A stretch of DNA of 64,000 nucleotides from an uncultured archaeon (GCA_964388035.1 CAYLZE010000005.1:50087-114086), one strand, 5' to 3'. Shown: positions 29,477-40,875, counted from the first letter of the stretch. The notes: a model not told the origin generated them from the sequence alone. Program-made: numbers and translations.

Positions 29477-29776
29477 ATGAATGAATCAAAAAAGGATTAT
29501 CAAAAAATACTGAGTTCAGTTCAAAAAAGCGTGATCGGAGAAGCTGGAAAAACGGGAACGTGGAGCAAGTTAAAGCCCGTCATAGATTTGAATAAATGCA
29601 TTCCTGCAAAATCAGGTAAACCAAGTTGCTTTAATTGCTGGTTGTATTGTCCAGAAGCGGTGATTGAAAGAAAAATTCCACCAGAAATTAATTTGGAATA
29701 TTGCAAAGGTTGCGGTATCTGCGCCGAGGAATGCCCCGTTAGAGCTATAACTATGGAGGAGGTAAATTCGGATTGA
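29477..29776 (+). CDS. porD: 2-oxoacid:ferredoxin oxidoreductase delta subunit
   Basis: KTGTW...PVID, CWLYCPE, YCKGCGICAEECP. Confidence 0.9.
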   Translation: MNESKKDYQKILSSVQKSVIGEAGKTGTWSKLKPVIDLNKCIPAKSGKPSCFNCWLYCPEAVIERKIPPEINLEYCKGCGICAEECPVRAITMEEVNSD

Positions 29777-31053
29777 CAACAACAGAACAGAATGCAAATA
29801 TCAAGACAAGAAATATAAGGATCATGACAGGAAACCATGCAGCAGCTCATGCATTTCGTCAAGTTCGAGTGGGCGTGGTTTCTGCTTATCCAATCACTCC
29901 TCAAAGTCCTGTGGTAGAGAAAATTTCTCAGTTTATAAACGAAGGAAAATTAAAAGCTAAATTTGTAATGGTTGAATCGGAGCACTCTGCAGCAGCCGTT
30001 TGTTGTGCCGCCTCTGCGACAGGTTCAAGAGTGGGTACTGCCACTTCTTCGCATGGCTTAATGTTAATGTACGAGCTTTTACCTTGGGCATCGGGGAATA
30101 GACTGCCCATAATAATTAATTTAGCCACCCGAGCCACGGGAGCCCCGTGGTCTGTGTGGACAGACCATCAAGATTTCATGACCGTGCGAGACGTGGGATG
30201 GATTCAAATGTTTTGTGAGGATAATCAAGAAATTTACGATACAAACTTGCAAGCCTTTAAAATTGCTGAAGATCCTCGCGTTTATTTACCGGTGATAGTG
30301 GGATATGATGGATACATTCTTAGTCACACGATGATGCCCGTTCAGTTAGAACTGCAAGCTGACGTTGACAAATTTCTTCCTCCCTTAAAACATCATATTA
30401 ATTTATCTGATATCTCCCATATTAAAGGAATTGATCCCGTCACGACCCCTCACGTTATAAAAAGAGAAGAGGGAACCGCACCAGGATACTATGAATTTCG
30501 ATATTCCCTACAAAGAGCCTTAGAGAATTCCATTCCCATCATTAAAGAAGTTCACGATGAATTTGCCAATACTTTCGGGAGATCATATGGAAATGGAATT
30601 TACAAGAACTACATGACGGAAGATGCAGATTCCATTATTTTTGCGATGGGCTCAGTCGCATCCCAAGCAAGAAGCGTGGTGAACATGCTTAGAAAAGAGG
30701 GCATAAAAATCGGACTCATTGTACTTAAACTGTTTCGTCCTTTTCCAAGAAAGATCCTAAATGAATCATTACGTGATTTTGATAATATTATCGTGTTTGA
30801 TAGAGATATAGGATACGGCTATGAAGGGGTTCTGGCTTATGAATTGAAAGCAGCACTGTATGGTGTAAAGAATCCTCCTTTTATAAAGGGATTTATACTT
30901 GGTTTGGGAGGGCGCGATATTAATAATGATCAAATCAAGAAAGGAGTATATAAAGCTCTAGAGGAATCAAAGAAAGGAATTTATTCCCATGAAACAGATT
31001 TTCTCGGATTAAAATTGGATGAATTAGATTTTTCTAATGGAGGGAAAAAATAA
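29773..31053 (+). CDS. porA: 2-oxoacid:ferredoxin oxidoreductase alpha subunit
   Basis: GNHAAA, AYPITPQS, VESEHSA, TATSSHGL. Confidence 0.92.
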   Translation: MTTTEQNANIKTRNIRIMTGNHAAAHAFRQVRVGVVSAYPITPQSPVVEKISQFINEGKLKAKFVMVESEHSAAAVCCAASATGSRVGTATSSHGLMLMYELLPWASGNRLPIIINLATRATGAPWSVWTDHQDFMTVRDVGWIQMFCEDNQEIYDTNLQAFKIAEDPRVYLPVIVGYDGYILSHTMMPVQLELQADVDKFLPPLKHHINLSDISHIKGIDPVTTPHVIKREEGTAPGYYEFRYSLQRALENSIPIIKEVHDEFANTFGRSYGNGIYKNYMTEDADSIIFAMGSVASQARSVVNMLRKEGIKIGLIVLKLFRPFPRKILNESLRDFDNIIVFDRDIGYGYEGVLAYELKAALYGVKNPPFIKGFILGLGGRDINNDQIKKGVYKALEESKKGIYSHETDFLGLKLDELDFSNGGKK

Positions 31054-31054
31054 A

Positions 31055-31951
31055 ATGGTTAATGTAATGGATCTTCCTGAGGAGGAATATATCTATCCGG
31101 GAACAAGAGCTTGTGCAGGATGCGGAATGGCTTTAATTTATAGAATGGCCTTGAAGGCTTTGGGACCAGATACTATAATTACAGTTCCCGCATCTTGTTT
31201 GACCGTGCTCCACGGAATGCAGGGTTTTTGTTCCACGAAAGTTTCAGTGCTTCACACGCCTTTTGCCACCACGGGAGCGTCAGCTTCAGGCATTGTCGCT
31301 TCTTTGGAAGAAAAAGACCTAGCAGATAAGATTTGCGTGGTGGCATTTGCCGGAGATGGAGGTACCACGGATATTGGAATTCAGAGTTTAAGTGGCGCAG
31401 CCGAACGTGGCACGAATTTCATTTACGCTTGTTATGACAATGAAGCTTACATGAACACGGGAGTGCAGAGAAGTGGGTCAACACCATTGGGAGCATTCAG
31501 TACCACGACTCCTGGTGGGAAAACTCAAACCAAGAAAAACATGCCAAAAATTTTAGAAGCCCATGGTATTCCCTATGTGGCCACTGCGAGTGCATCTTAT
31601 CCCATCGATCTTTTTGAGAAATTTCAGAAAGCTCGAACAATTACAGGTACGAAATATATTCACATCCATTCCCCGTGTCCTCCGGGATGGGGATATGACC
31701 CTAAGGATACCATCAAAATTGGACGGTTAGCCGTGCAATCGGGATTTTGGCCTTTATATGAAGTAAAACATGGGAAATTCGAACTTTCCTTGAATAGCAA
31801 AAAATACCTTGACTCTTCGAAGCGGGTACCCATTGAAGAATATCTTAAAGCTCAAGGAAGATTTAAGAAAATTACTGCTACCGAGATTGAGAAATATAAC
31901 AGCTACATAACTGATTTATGGGATGACATTCAAAGAAGAGTGGAAGAATAA
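31055..31951 (+). CDS. porB: 2-oxoacid:ferredoxin oxidoreductase beta subunit
   Basis: ACAGCG, GDGGTTDIG, YDNEAYMNTGVQRS, SPCPPGW. Confidence 0.92.
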   Translation: MVNVMDLPEEEYIYPGTRACAGCGMALIYRMALKALGPDTIITVPASCLTVLHGMQGFCSTKVSVLHTPFATTGASASGIVASLEEKDLADKICVVAFAGDGGTTDIGIQSLSGAAERGTNFIYACYDNEAYMNTGVQRSGSTPLGAFSTTTPGGKTQTKKNMPKILEAHGIPYVATASASYPIDLFEKFQKARTITGTKYIHIHSPCPPGWGYDPKDTIKIGRLAVQSGFWPLYEVKHGKFELSLNSKKYLDSSKRVPIEEYLKAQGRFKKITATEIEKYNSYITDLWDDIQRRVEE

Positions 31952-32084
31952 TTCCGAGATTATCATTTTCTTTTCTTTATTGAAATGATGCCCCTACTTT
32001 ATATTAACTGAACACTAAAATTCTTTTATCTATATTTCTTTATATATATTACTAATTCCAAGTCATGCATGAGATTAGGAGCAA

Positions 32085-33029
32085 ATGTTAAGAACCTATA
32101 TATTCAGCGAACAACACCAGAATTGGATAGAAGAAGAACAAAAACTCTTTCTCCATGATCATTGCGTTATTTTAGATGATGAACGCAAGAAAATTTATCT
32201 GTGGAGTGGTCCAGAGAGTACCCAAGAAACGCGAGAAAATGCACAAGAGGCAATTAAAGAACTTGTTTCAAGATATCCTCAAGGATTCCTTGAATACAAC
32301 GTTCTACAAGAAAAATTTCCGGAAAATGTGACGAAAAAAGTTAATTCAATGCTATTAGGAGCGAAAGAAGAAGAAAATAAATCCAAATTTCAATTTAGTC
32401 AATTATCTGCCGTACGCCTTTATTTTATTTCTATTCTTCTTTCTATTATCTTGTCTATTGTTGCCCAAGCAGATCTATTTTTCTCCTTAAGTTGGCCCTT
32501 ATCGGGGGGTAATTTAACGGTCAATGCAAACACCTATTTATTCTGGATAAATTTTGCTTATTGGATGTATGTTGTTATAGGAGGGTTGTATTTGTTTGCC
32601 ACTCTTATCGGGGTCTGGCAAAAAGAGTATCAAGTGGTTATTTATTCATCAGTAGGTGTCATTACTTGCTTGGGTATTGTTTTATATCTCGCAGAAGGAG
32701 TATTTCTTTTTGAATTTGAACCAGGATCAACTCTAACTGTATATTTAATCTCTCTTTTTAACATAATATTGTTTTTAATTTCAATTTTGCTCCCTACGTT
32801 GATCTTTGTGATTCCTAATGGTCTTAAGCTTTGGAAATTTTTTAAAACTTATCAGAAATTCATCGTTTTAGAAAATTTTCAGGATCTTCAAGAGTTTGAT
32901 GAAAATAAGATCAAGGAAATGAAATCAAAAAAAAAATTCATTAAAAAACTAACTTTAAAAAAATTTAGAGAGAAAAAAGTTAGCAAGAGTGATTCCAACC
33001 TCGAGAAAAGCGAATTGAATGCAGCATAA
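32085..33029 (+). CDS. Gelsolin-like domain fused to a 4-TM membrane region
   Basis: N-terminal DHCVILDDERKKIYLWSGPESTQETRENA resembles the gelsolin repeat core; four hydrophobic helices; Lys-rich tail. Confidence 0.6.
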   Translation: MLRTYIFSEQHQNWIEEEQKLFLHDHCVILDDERKKIYLWSGPESTQETRENAQEAIKELVSRYPQGFLEYNVLQEKFPENVTKKVNSMLLGAKEEENKSKFQFSQLSAVRLYFISILLSIILSIVAQADLFFSLSWPLSGGNLTVNANTYLFWINFAYWMYVVIGGLYLFATLIGVWQKEYQVVIYSSVGVITCLGIVLYLAEGVFLFEFEPGSTLTVYLISLFNIILFLISILLPTLIFVIPNGLKLWKFFKTYQKFIVLENFQDLQEFDENKIKEMKSKKKFIKKLTLKKFREKKVSKSDSNLEKSELNAA

Positions 33030-33158
33030 TTATCAGATTTATTTATTTAAGATTAAAGGTTAATTTTTTGGTATTTTGCTACGGGTTTCCATTTCTTAAA
33101 ATAATGCATCCCCATTAGGATAGAAAAGTCTTTTAAGCCAAAAGAGTTAATAAAATAT

Positions 33159-34028
33159 GTGCAAGCTTCCAAGATTCTTACCAAGTTAGATAAAGAAGAT
33201 CTACGTATTCTCATGGCAATTGAGAGAGGAATGGTTAAATCTGAATACGTAACTATTGCAGATATAAAGTTTTATGCTCGATATCCCATGGAAGAAACGC
33301 TTTATCGCTTGAAAAAGGTTCACAAATTAGATTTGATCATCAGGGATTCTTCTCAAAGGGAAACAGGGTTCACTTTAAATTCGATAGGTTACGATCTCTT
33401 AGCCCTTCATGCGCTGGTTGAAAAAAACATTATTAGCCAATTGGGACCTTCTATTGGAATGGGAAAAGAATCCGACGTATATAGTTGCATGGATGATGAA
33501 AAGAACATTTATGCCCTCAAAATTTATCGAATTGGAAGAACGAGCTTTAAGAATATAAAAAGATTAAGAAATATTTTGGGAGAAAGAACGCATTATTCTT
33601 GGTTATACGTCAACCGTCTTGCCGCTCACAAGGAATATGAGGCATTAAAAAAAATATACGAATTAAATCTTGACACTCCCAAACCGATCGGAATAAATCG
33701 ACACATCATTGTCATGGAATATTTACGGGGAAAGGAATTATATTATTACAAATCTATAGATGATCCTGAATATATATTCAATGAAATCATCGATCAAGTG
33801 CGAATCATATATCAGAAGGCAGGATTGATTCATGGGGATTTAGGAGAATTTAACATCGTGATGGATGAAGAAGGTCGCATTCTTATCATAGATTGGCTTC
33901 AATCCGTTCCATCCACCCATCCAAATGCTATTTCCATATTGCAAAGGGATATTGAAAACATTTGCAATTATTTTGAAAAGAAGTATGATATAGAAAGCAA
34001 CGTGGAAGTGATTTTGGAATCGTTTTAA
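33159..34028 (+). CDS. rio2: RIO2-type Ser/Thr kinase
   Basis: N-terminal wHTH with GYDLLAL, IGMGKESDVY, IHGDLGEFNI, IIDWLQ. Confidence 0.9.
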   Translation: MQASKILTKLDKEDLRILMAIERGMVKSEYVTIADIKFYARYPMEETLYRLKKVHKLDLIIRDSSQRETGFTLNSIGYDLLALHALVEKNIISQLGPSIGMGKESDVYSCMDDEKNIYALKIYRIGRTSFKNIKRLRNILGERTHYSWLYVNRLAAHKEYEALKKIYELNLDTPKPIGINRHIIVMEYLRGKELYYYKSIDDPEYIFNEIIDQVRIIYQKAGLIHGDLGEFNIVMDEEGRILIIDWLQSVPSTHPNAISILQRDIENICNYFEKKYDIESNVEVILESF

Positions 34029-34036
34029 GATTTTTT

Positions 34037-34675
34037 TCATTTACTAATGTTTTCAGAAGGGTATTCTTTTTTTGTCTCACAAATTATAATAAAATCTTCC
34101 AGGTTATCTTTCTTTATTACTTCCCATATGTTAAAATAATTGATTAGTTCAGATTCTAACTGGCTTAAATCCACTTTCTTTTTCAAAATGCTAAGCATCA
34201 TGGTAGATTTATCGTGTATTACTCGTAGTAATTCCATAATTCCTTTCTTCATATTCATGAGATTTTGAAGAGACGTGAACGATAATGTTAAATTAAAACT
34301 AGCATTTCTGAACGGTAAATTCTCCATGTCGCATTGAATTAAATTAAAATTTGGAGAATTAAAATTATTATTTTGAATTTTTTCCATGAACCTCCCTAAC
34401 ATGCCCCACGAAAGATCTATTCCAACATATATAAAATCACCCTTTTGCATATCTTTTGTAACCTGTGTATAAAATTGATAAAATAATCCCGTCCCACACC
34501 CTGCATCTAGAACGATTTGAATTGGAAAATTTAACTTTTTTAATAAGATTTCATATTTTTCTGACTGAATTTTTAAATAACGAGCATCATAAAAAGGGGC
34601 ACTTGAATCATATTTCTCCATCATCTCCCTCTTTTTATCCGGCTTCGAGTTCTTCCCTCTCAGATTCATAACCAT
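34037..34675 (-). CDS. Class I SAM-dependent methyltransferase
   Basis: VLDAGCGTG, GIDLS.GML, CDMENLPF. Confidence 0.88.
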   Translation of the reverse strand: MVMNLRGKNSKPDKKREMMEKYDSSAPFYDARYLKIQSEKYEILLKKLNFPIQIVLDAGCGTGLFYQFYTQVTKDMQKGDFIYVGIDLSWGMLGRFMEKIQNNNFNSPNFNLIQCDMENLPFRNASFNLTLSFTSLQNLMNMKKGIMELLRVIHDKSTMMLSILKKKVDLSQLESELINYFNIWEVIKKDNLEDFIIICETKKEYPSENISK

Positions 34676-34783
34676 TAAGTTTTAATTATAAAAAAAGTTA
34701 TAAGTTTACAATACATTTGAAAATTTTTAACTCTTAATTATTTTACTAACATACATCTTAAAGTTTGTTGAGGTATTAGGAAT

Positions 34784-35044
34784 ATGTCCAAAGATAATAA
34801 CAATTATAAGTCTAAAAATCCCCTCACCATCTTACAAAATAGCCAAAATTCACAAATTTTGCTCCGCTTAAAGGATGGTACCGAATATAAGGGACTTTTA
34901 AAAGAGATTGATGCTTATATGAACATGATATTAGAAGACGCTACGGAAATAATGGATGGCTCTCCCATCGCAAAATATAACGAGCTATTTATTAGAGGAA
35001 ATAATCTCCTTTTTATAAAACCCGATGCTTCAGAGCTCCTCTAA
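34784..35044 (+). CDS. Sm-like archaeal protein (SmAP/LSm)
   Basis: Sm1 LKDGTEYKGLLKEIDAYMNMIL, Sm2 FIRGNN. Confidence 0.92.
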   Translation: MSKDNNNYKSKNPLTILQNSQNSQILLRLKDGTEYKGLLKEIDAYMNMILEDATEIMDGSPIAKYNELFIRGNNLLFIKPDASELL

Positions 35045-35276
35045 AGATCCCTTTGAATAATATTATCATCCTAAATTATATAAGAAGGTAATTCAACTAC
35101 ACATATCAAAGTGAATTCAATTAATTTAAAATACTAACAACGGTGCTTTAGGAGATTTATTTTCAAAGGAATAAAGCTTTGTTGATGATTTTAAAAATAA
35201 TATAATGAATGAAATTAGTCTACAGTTCTTTTTAAAAAAAACCCCAAAAAAAAAAAATTGAAATTATTTGATTTAA

Positions 35277-35984
35277 TTATTTCTTTCTTCTTATGACGTA
35301 GATTAATCCTATTGTGCTCAAGGCAGTGATCCCTAAAAAGATTGGTAATTCATATCCAGGAATTTGAAACCCTTGTAGTGTAAGTTCCCAAATAGTCTTT
35401 CCAACATAAGTAAATTTTTCAGAACTAATTACACCGTTAGTTGTATCCCAGGTCATAACATCCTTATAATTATAAGGATAATAAGGAACTTTACCATAAT
35501 CAATAGTAAGAACATTATCTTGGGAACTAATATAGTCTTGCGCATAAGAAGGTATTGATCCGACTAAAGCTGTTAAATATGCATCTACTGGAACGGGTAA
35601 TATCAATGAAGGGTATGCAGACAAACTGGTGGGATCTTTATATACATTAATGTAATAAGTGGTACTATCGGGATATTCATCGAATTCCCCAACGGTCCAA
35701 TCCCAGTACTGAAAGGTTATATACCAATAAGTAGTTTTATCAGTTATACCAGTTATAACATATTTTGTTTTTGCATCTTGAACACCCATTTCTCCCATCA
35801 TTTGAGCCCAATTAGTACCAAATACCGCTTCTAAACCGTCTTTATCTACCGTTGTTACTTTATAAATGTATTGATCATTTTCAGCCACTTTTAAGTCATA
35901 TAGTGCGGCTCTTGCACCTATTACATTACCTATGAGGAAGGTTGCCATTAGAACAAGGAATAGAATTGAAGTTTTCCTATTCAT
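35277..35984 (-). CDS. Secreted/surface protein with Loki-CTERM-type C-terminal sorting signal
   Basis: Signal peptide; C-terminus IPGYELPIFLGITALSTIGLIYVIRRKK. Confidence 0.8.
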   Translation of the reverse strand: MNRKTSILFLVLMATFLIGNVIGARAALYDLKVAENDQYIYKVTTVDKDGLEAVFGTNWAQMMGEMGVQDAKTKYVITGITDKTTYWYITFQYWDWTVGEFDEYPDSTTYYINVYKDPTSLSAYPSLILPVPVDAYLTALVGSIPSYAQDYISSQDNVLTIDYGKVPYYPYNYKDVMTWDTTNGVISSEKFTYVGKTIWELTLQGFQIPGYELPIFLGITALSTIGLIYVIRRKK

Positions 35985-36291
35985 AATTTCACCTTGATTT
36001 TAATATTTTCTGTATTTTAAATTTTTATTAGATTTGATATTATAAAATGTGTTCTATATCCTATTTAATTCTTTTCTTTTTTTATTGTATTAATCTAGTA
36101 TTTAGATTTTTTATTAAATTCTTAAAAATTGTATTTTTAGTTTTAAATAATAATTTTTCATTAAATTTGACAAGGAATTATCATCTTAATTCCAACGCGT
36201 TTTATAATTTAAATTTTGGATTAAAAATCTGCAATTAAAGCAAAAATTTTATAGATAAGGGAGATCTAATGAGAAATGAATTTTTGCTTAT

Positions 36292-36772
36292 TTATAGAGA
36301 ACTCAATATGAAAACTTTTATATGATCTACTAATTTTTCTTCTAAAGAAGGATCGGGGGGATATCCTATAGCAAGCTCATTTTTGACCTCATTTTCCAAA
36401 TCTTTCTTTAAATCAGAGGACATTTTGATTGCATCCAACGTGTCGAGATGGACCTCTCCTTTTTCTTTGAGTATTCTTGTAATAAAAACAGAGATAATGA
36501 TTTTTATTGTGTCTTCAGAACTTTCAGCTCCTATCACTTAGGGGATCTTGATCAAACAGAAACCCTTTATAATAGAAAATGTTGGTATTTCTCCATTTTT
36601 GAATTTTGAATTTTAACACGTCTAATACTCCGAGAATGTCTAATGGACTTTTGGCATCTTTTAAATTAAAAAAAATGCCTGATTTAATCTCTTCTTCGTA
36701 TTGTTTTAAGATCTCCCTTAATTTTATAATTAGTTCTTGTTTTGATGAAAAATGAAGATTATTGTTGCTCAA
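36292..36772 (-). pseudogene. Hypothetical gene probably split by a frameshift (ORFs 36524..36772 and 36292..36537)
   Basis: Overlapping ORFs; removing one base near 36538 joins ...LFDQDPL to VIGAESSED... Confidence 0.45.
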
Positions 36773-37083
36773 ATTCGTGATATCTTCTGATATTTTAATT
36801 AATCTAACGAATTAATAAATTATATCATCATTAAACAAAAAATGTTATTTTTAAATTTTCTTTTTTTTCCCATTTCCATTTATTCTCTATAAATCGTAAT
36901 AAAACCTATTAAAAATAACAGAAATAGAATTTTAGACTTTCAAGATACTGTAAAAAATAGAATTAATATAACAACAATGAGAGAGATATTAGTGTCATTT
37001 TAATAAATTTACAATAAATAGGAAAAAAAAGCGTTATTATTAGGATTTTATAATAATTTAATCTTAAATTTGCATGGATCAAT

Positions 37084-38010
37084 TTAACTATTAATGATTT
37101 CTACTATTTTTGGAAAGATACGTGTATAATGAACTGCCATGGAATGAATTCCGGCAATTAAATTCTTCTTTTTTAACTCGGAAATAAAGGGTTTGAAGAA
37201 TTCATAATTTAATTGATCATACATGCGATTTTGTTCTTTTTTATCGGTTATATCATTTTTCACGCTTTTCCATTTGGCTAAAATATCTTTAGGCACATCT
37301 ACTCCGGGAACAAAATCATCAAAACCCTTGGCAATAGCATAGCTTTTCATAGGAAAGACCCCTAATAATATGGGAACTTTATACTTACCTATAGCCTCCA
37401 AAAATTCAATGGTTCGATCCAAGTCATAAACGACTTGAGTTTGAATAAATTCTGCCCCTGCTTCTGCCTTTCTGCCAATTTTAAGCACTTCTGCTTCCAT
37501 GGGATCAGCATTTGGATTAGCCGCACATCCCACATGTAAGGTCGGAGGGCATTCTATTTCGTGCCCGTTGATAGATTTTTTGTCCACCATTTCTCGCACC
37601 AATTTTACTAAAGTAGCCGAATCGAGATCAAACACGGGTTTCGATTCAGGCATGTCTCCTAAAGCAGTATGATCTCCTGTTAAAGAAAGAACATTTTTTA
37701 TTCCCAAAGCTTGGGCACCCATGATCATTCCGGCAATTCCCAATTTATTCACGTCTCTCACAGTAAGTTGCCAAATGCATTCTATTCCTGTTTGCTGTTG
37801 AATAATGGCCGATGCAGCTAAGGAATTGATAGTTAGGATTGCTAAAGGACTGTCCGTAACGTTAGCAGCTACTATATAAGGAGCCATTTCTTTTGCTTCT
37901 TCAACTGTATGGGATAAATCGCAAGTTTTTTCGGGCTCTAATTCTCCCGTCAATATGAATTTTTTACTTTCCAACATTTGACCTAATTTTGAATATGCCA
38001 TTTTATCCAA
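37084..38010 (-). CDS. metF: Methylenetetrahydrofolate reductase
   Basis: GELEP, NVTDSP, QLTVRDVN, LTGDH, PVFDLDS, AGAEFIQTQ. Confidence 0.9.
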   Translation of the reverse strand: MDKMAYSKLGQMLESKKFILTGELEPEKTCDLSHTVEEAKEMAPYIVAANVTDSPLAILTINSLAASAIIQQQTGIECIWQLTVRDVNKLGIAGMIMGAQALGIKNVLSLTGDHTALGDMPESKPVFDLDSATLVKLVREMVDKKSINGHEIECPPTLHVGCAANPNADPMEAEVLKIGRKAEAGAEFIQTQVVYDLDRTIEFLEAIGKYKVPILLGVFPMKSYAIAKGFDDFVPGVDVPKDILAKWKSVKNDITDKKEQNRMYDQLNYEFFKPFISELKKKNLIAGIHSMAVHYTRIFPKIVEIINS

Positions 38011-38017
38011 TCACCTC

Positions 38018-38689
38018 CTACCTAAAAATAACTTCTTGCTGATGTCCACTTTCGCTCCAATCTCTCGCATCTCTGAGTTGAGAAAATAGATCAAGCCTTC
38101 CTATGCTTTTCAAGCGATTGAAAATTAAAATCCAACCGCAATCTCTTTCATAACCCCCTACTTCGCATTTACCCTTGACCATTCCTCCACAAGGACCATT
38201 CATGAGACTTTTTGCACAAGTTGCAATAGGACATATGCCTCCCGTATAATTAAGCAAGCAATCGCCACAAGCTCTGCACCGCATGTAAAAGCGTCCGATT
38301 CTTTCGGTCATCCCGATGAATTTCGTGTCATTTGAAATCAATACGGGCATATCAGGATATTTTTTTTGAATTACTTCTATAATAGATTGTACGCCAAGTC
38401 CACAACTAAGTGTCAAAATACCGTCAGAAACCTTTAGCTCATCTTCAATTTTTCGCAAATCTTGTTTCATCACCCGATTATCACAGACATCCTCAGAAAC
38501 GATCACTGCAGTGACTTCATATCCCTTTTCCTTGAGTTTATTTTCCCACTCTTTTGCACCTTCCGTACCCCCCGTCTGACAAAGGGCCGCACAAGTTCCA
38601 CATGAAACAATTGCTATTTTCTTGAGCTTGTAATTTTCAATGGCCTCAAATACTTCTTCTTCCGGTTTCTTTACTGTTATGACTACCAT
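38018..38689 (-). CDS. metV: MTHFR small Fe-S/Zn subunit
   Basis: CGTCAALCQTGG, CRACGDCLL...GGICP...CAKSLMNGPCGG...CEV...CGW. Confidence 0.88.
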   Translation of the reverse strand: MVVITVKKPEEEVFEAIENYKLKKIAIVSCGTCAALCQTGGTEGAKEWENKLKEKGYEVTAVIVSEDVCDNRVMKQDLRKIEDELKVSDGILTLSCGLGVQSIIEVIQKKYPDMPVLISNDTKFIGMTERIGRFYMRCRACGDCLLNYTGGICPIATCAKSLMNGPCGGMVKGKCEVGGYERDCGWILIFNRLKSIGRLDLFSQLRDARDWSESGHQQEVIFR

Positions 38690-39378
38690 TTTTTAATTCC
38701 CTCTTAAAATTGATAGATAAGATTATTATGTAATGAAATTGTAAAACTGATATATAGTTTATCTTTTTTTGTAGATTTTGTGACCAAGTCTCGTACTATT
38801 CATGACAGTTTTTTTTGTTGAATAGACAAAATTAGTTGTGATTCGTTTCAAAATAATAAAAAAGGATGAAAATAAAAACTAACGTGATCGTTTTTAGGTA
38901 TGGAAACGTCTAGTTTCCGAAATGCAAAGTTTAACAATAGTTATGAAAGCAATAATCTCTTTCGAATATCAATATTTTTAATTATCAAGGACCCTAATCT
39001 AATTATTAAAAGTAAAGCATTATTGAAAAGGATAAGTGGAATATTTAAAAAGTAGTTAGTTTTTAAATGATCCTTTGAGCATATTAGTTTGAACCAAAGA
39101 GTAGTACAAATAAGAGAGCACCCTAATGTAATATATTAATTTTTCCCTGCATTCTCAACTTACGTTCAAGAATCTTTTCTGATGCATCGCCTAAAAAGTT
39201 ATACTTCCCTGGGATTATGATTATTCATTTTGTTGAAAATGTAATCTTTTCTCTTGGAAAGATATCATGTAAATTAAGCTTCTAAAATAAATGATACAAC
39301 TTTAAAAAATACATATCTTAAATTAACCTATTATATTAAAAAGTAGAAAAAAAATAATTTTTCATTGTAAATTTAAAC

Positions 39379-40875
39379 TTAAATTGAAATTCCTAACATT
39401 CCCGGTAAAATCTTGCTTAATGGAACAGCTAACCCGCCTAAAAGCGAAAATACAGAAGAAAGTTTTTTCAATTTGGTTTTCATGTCCTTTGTCACGAGGA
39501 CAACTCTGGTTTTCCCTTCGATTATAACACCCTCTTCCGACTCGAGATATATCTGAATGGTTTGCTCACCTAGTTCTCTTGGTTCTAAGGTTAACCATAT
39601 AGTATCTCCATTTTCTAGCATGCTTGAAAGAACATTAACAATATCAGTTCCTCCTTGAGATATTAAGGGAATGGGTTTACTTGGAATTTCAAAAGAACCC
39701 CTACCTTCCACCTCGATGTCTAACGTGAATTGCCGTGGAGCAAACCCCGGGGCAGCAACTTTTAATCGATATCTTTTAGCGGCAGGAGCGTTATTATAGA
39801 AAAAGATCATCAAGTTCAACTCACCATTAGCAAAAACCACTTCTTGGGCAGAAGAATCCATGTATATCGGATCTTTCGAGATCCGTGAGATATTATCAGC
39901 TAGTTCCAGCTGTAACCTGTCAATTATGGTGAAAAATCCCGGGTTATATTGTTTTATATAATCGAATATCTTGAATACATCTTCAGTCGAGAAGTACCAT
40001 GCACCTTCCACCAAAAATCCCTTATTCACATCAAAAGTTTCCGCTTTAGTATTAATGATTTCACTCATTTCTTTAAGAAATAGCTCATCATCCAAAACTT
40101 CTTGATATTTTAAATAGTACAAGAAGAGTAGGGACTCCATCGCAAAAGTAATGGGTAGTTCATCTTCTTCCATTTCTTTTACATGACTAACGAAAGCCGG
40201 ATTCAATATTTTGTTAATTTCTTCCAGATATTCATCCCATTTTAAAAATGTCACCGGATCTAAGTGATTGGAAAAGATTTCAGAAAAAAAGTTATCTAGG
40301 AAAATTTGATGGGTGGTGGGTTTAAAGAAATCCTGCAGGCCATTTACATCGTGAATGTGTAAATTCAAGCTCCGAATAAGGATGGCTAAAGCTAACCCTA
40401 CAAGGGCAAATCCTGCAGCCGCAAAACCAACATCTAAATTCCCAATAGCAAGCATGACGATGAATAAAATGATTGCAACAAAGCAAATTAGAGAGATGAG
40501 TTTAAGTAAATTAATCACTTTTTTTACATTACTTTCAAGGAGTTCAAATCCATCCAAACTATCAATGGGTCTCCCTCGTTTTCTTTCAAAATTCAATCGC
40601 ATTTTTAGAGAAGTTTCCGTGAGACTAGCACCAAGCAATAACATGACGGAATTAAATGCATAAATGATTAATACTATATAGAAAATTATCGTGAGGGTTA
40701 AGTCTAATGTTGTTACGATAGTTAGAATGGTGACAACGACCAGAACAAGAGGTAGCACGAAAAGGAGAATCTTTCCAAAGCTTGTTATGTAATTGGTGAG
40801 CTGACCCTGCGTTTTTTCTTTCTTCAATATTTTTGCCAAAAAGTCTTGTAATAATTTTTCCATGGAAATCAACAA
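39379..40875 (-). CDS. Hypothetical membrane protein
   Basis: Four N-terminal TM helices, soluble domain, C-terminal hydrophobic tail; 498 aa. Confidence 0.7.
   Translation of the reverse strand: MLISMEKLLQDFLAKILKKEKTQGQLTNYITSFGKILLFVLPLVLVVVTILTIVTTLDLTLTIIFYIVLIIYAFNSVMLLLGASLTETSLKMRLNFERKRGRPIDSLDGFELLESNVKKVINLLKLISLICFVAIILFIVMLAIGNLDVGFAAAGFALVGLALAILIRSLNLHIHDVNGLQDFFKPTTHQIFLDNFFSEIFSNHLDPVTFLKWDEYLEEINKILNPAFVSHVKEMEEDELPITFAMESLLFLYYLKYQEVLDDELFLKEMSEIINTKAETFDVNKGFLVEGAWYFSTEDVFKIFDYIKQYNPGFFTIIDRLQLELADNISRISKDPIYMDSSAQEVVFANGELNLMIFFYNNAPAAKRYRLKVAAPGFAPRQFTLDIEVEGRGSFEIPSKPIPLISQGGTDIVNVLSSMLENGDTIWLTLEPRELGEQTIQIYLESEEGVIIEGKTRVVLVTKDMKTKLKKLSSVFSLLGGLAVPLSKILPGMLGISI

Noticed and set aside
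38700-39378. Long intergenic gap upstream of metV as a possible riboswitch or gene
   Set aside because: Only short interrupted frames and no recognisable RNA motif; the scattered GTGAT words lack the 31-33 bp phasing.
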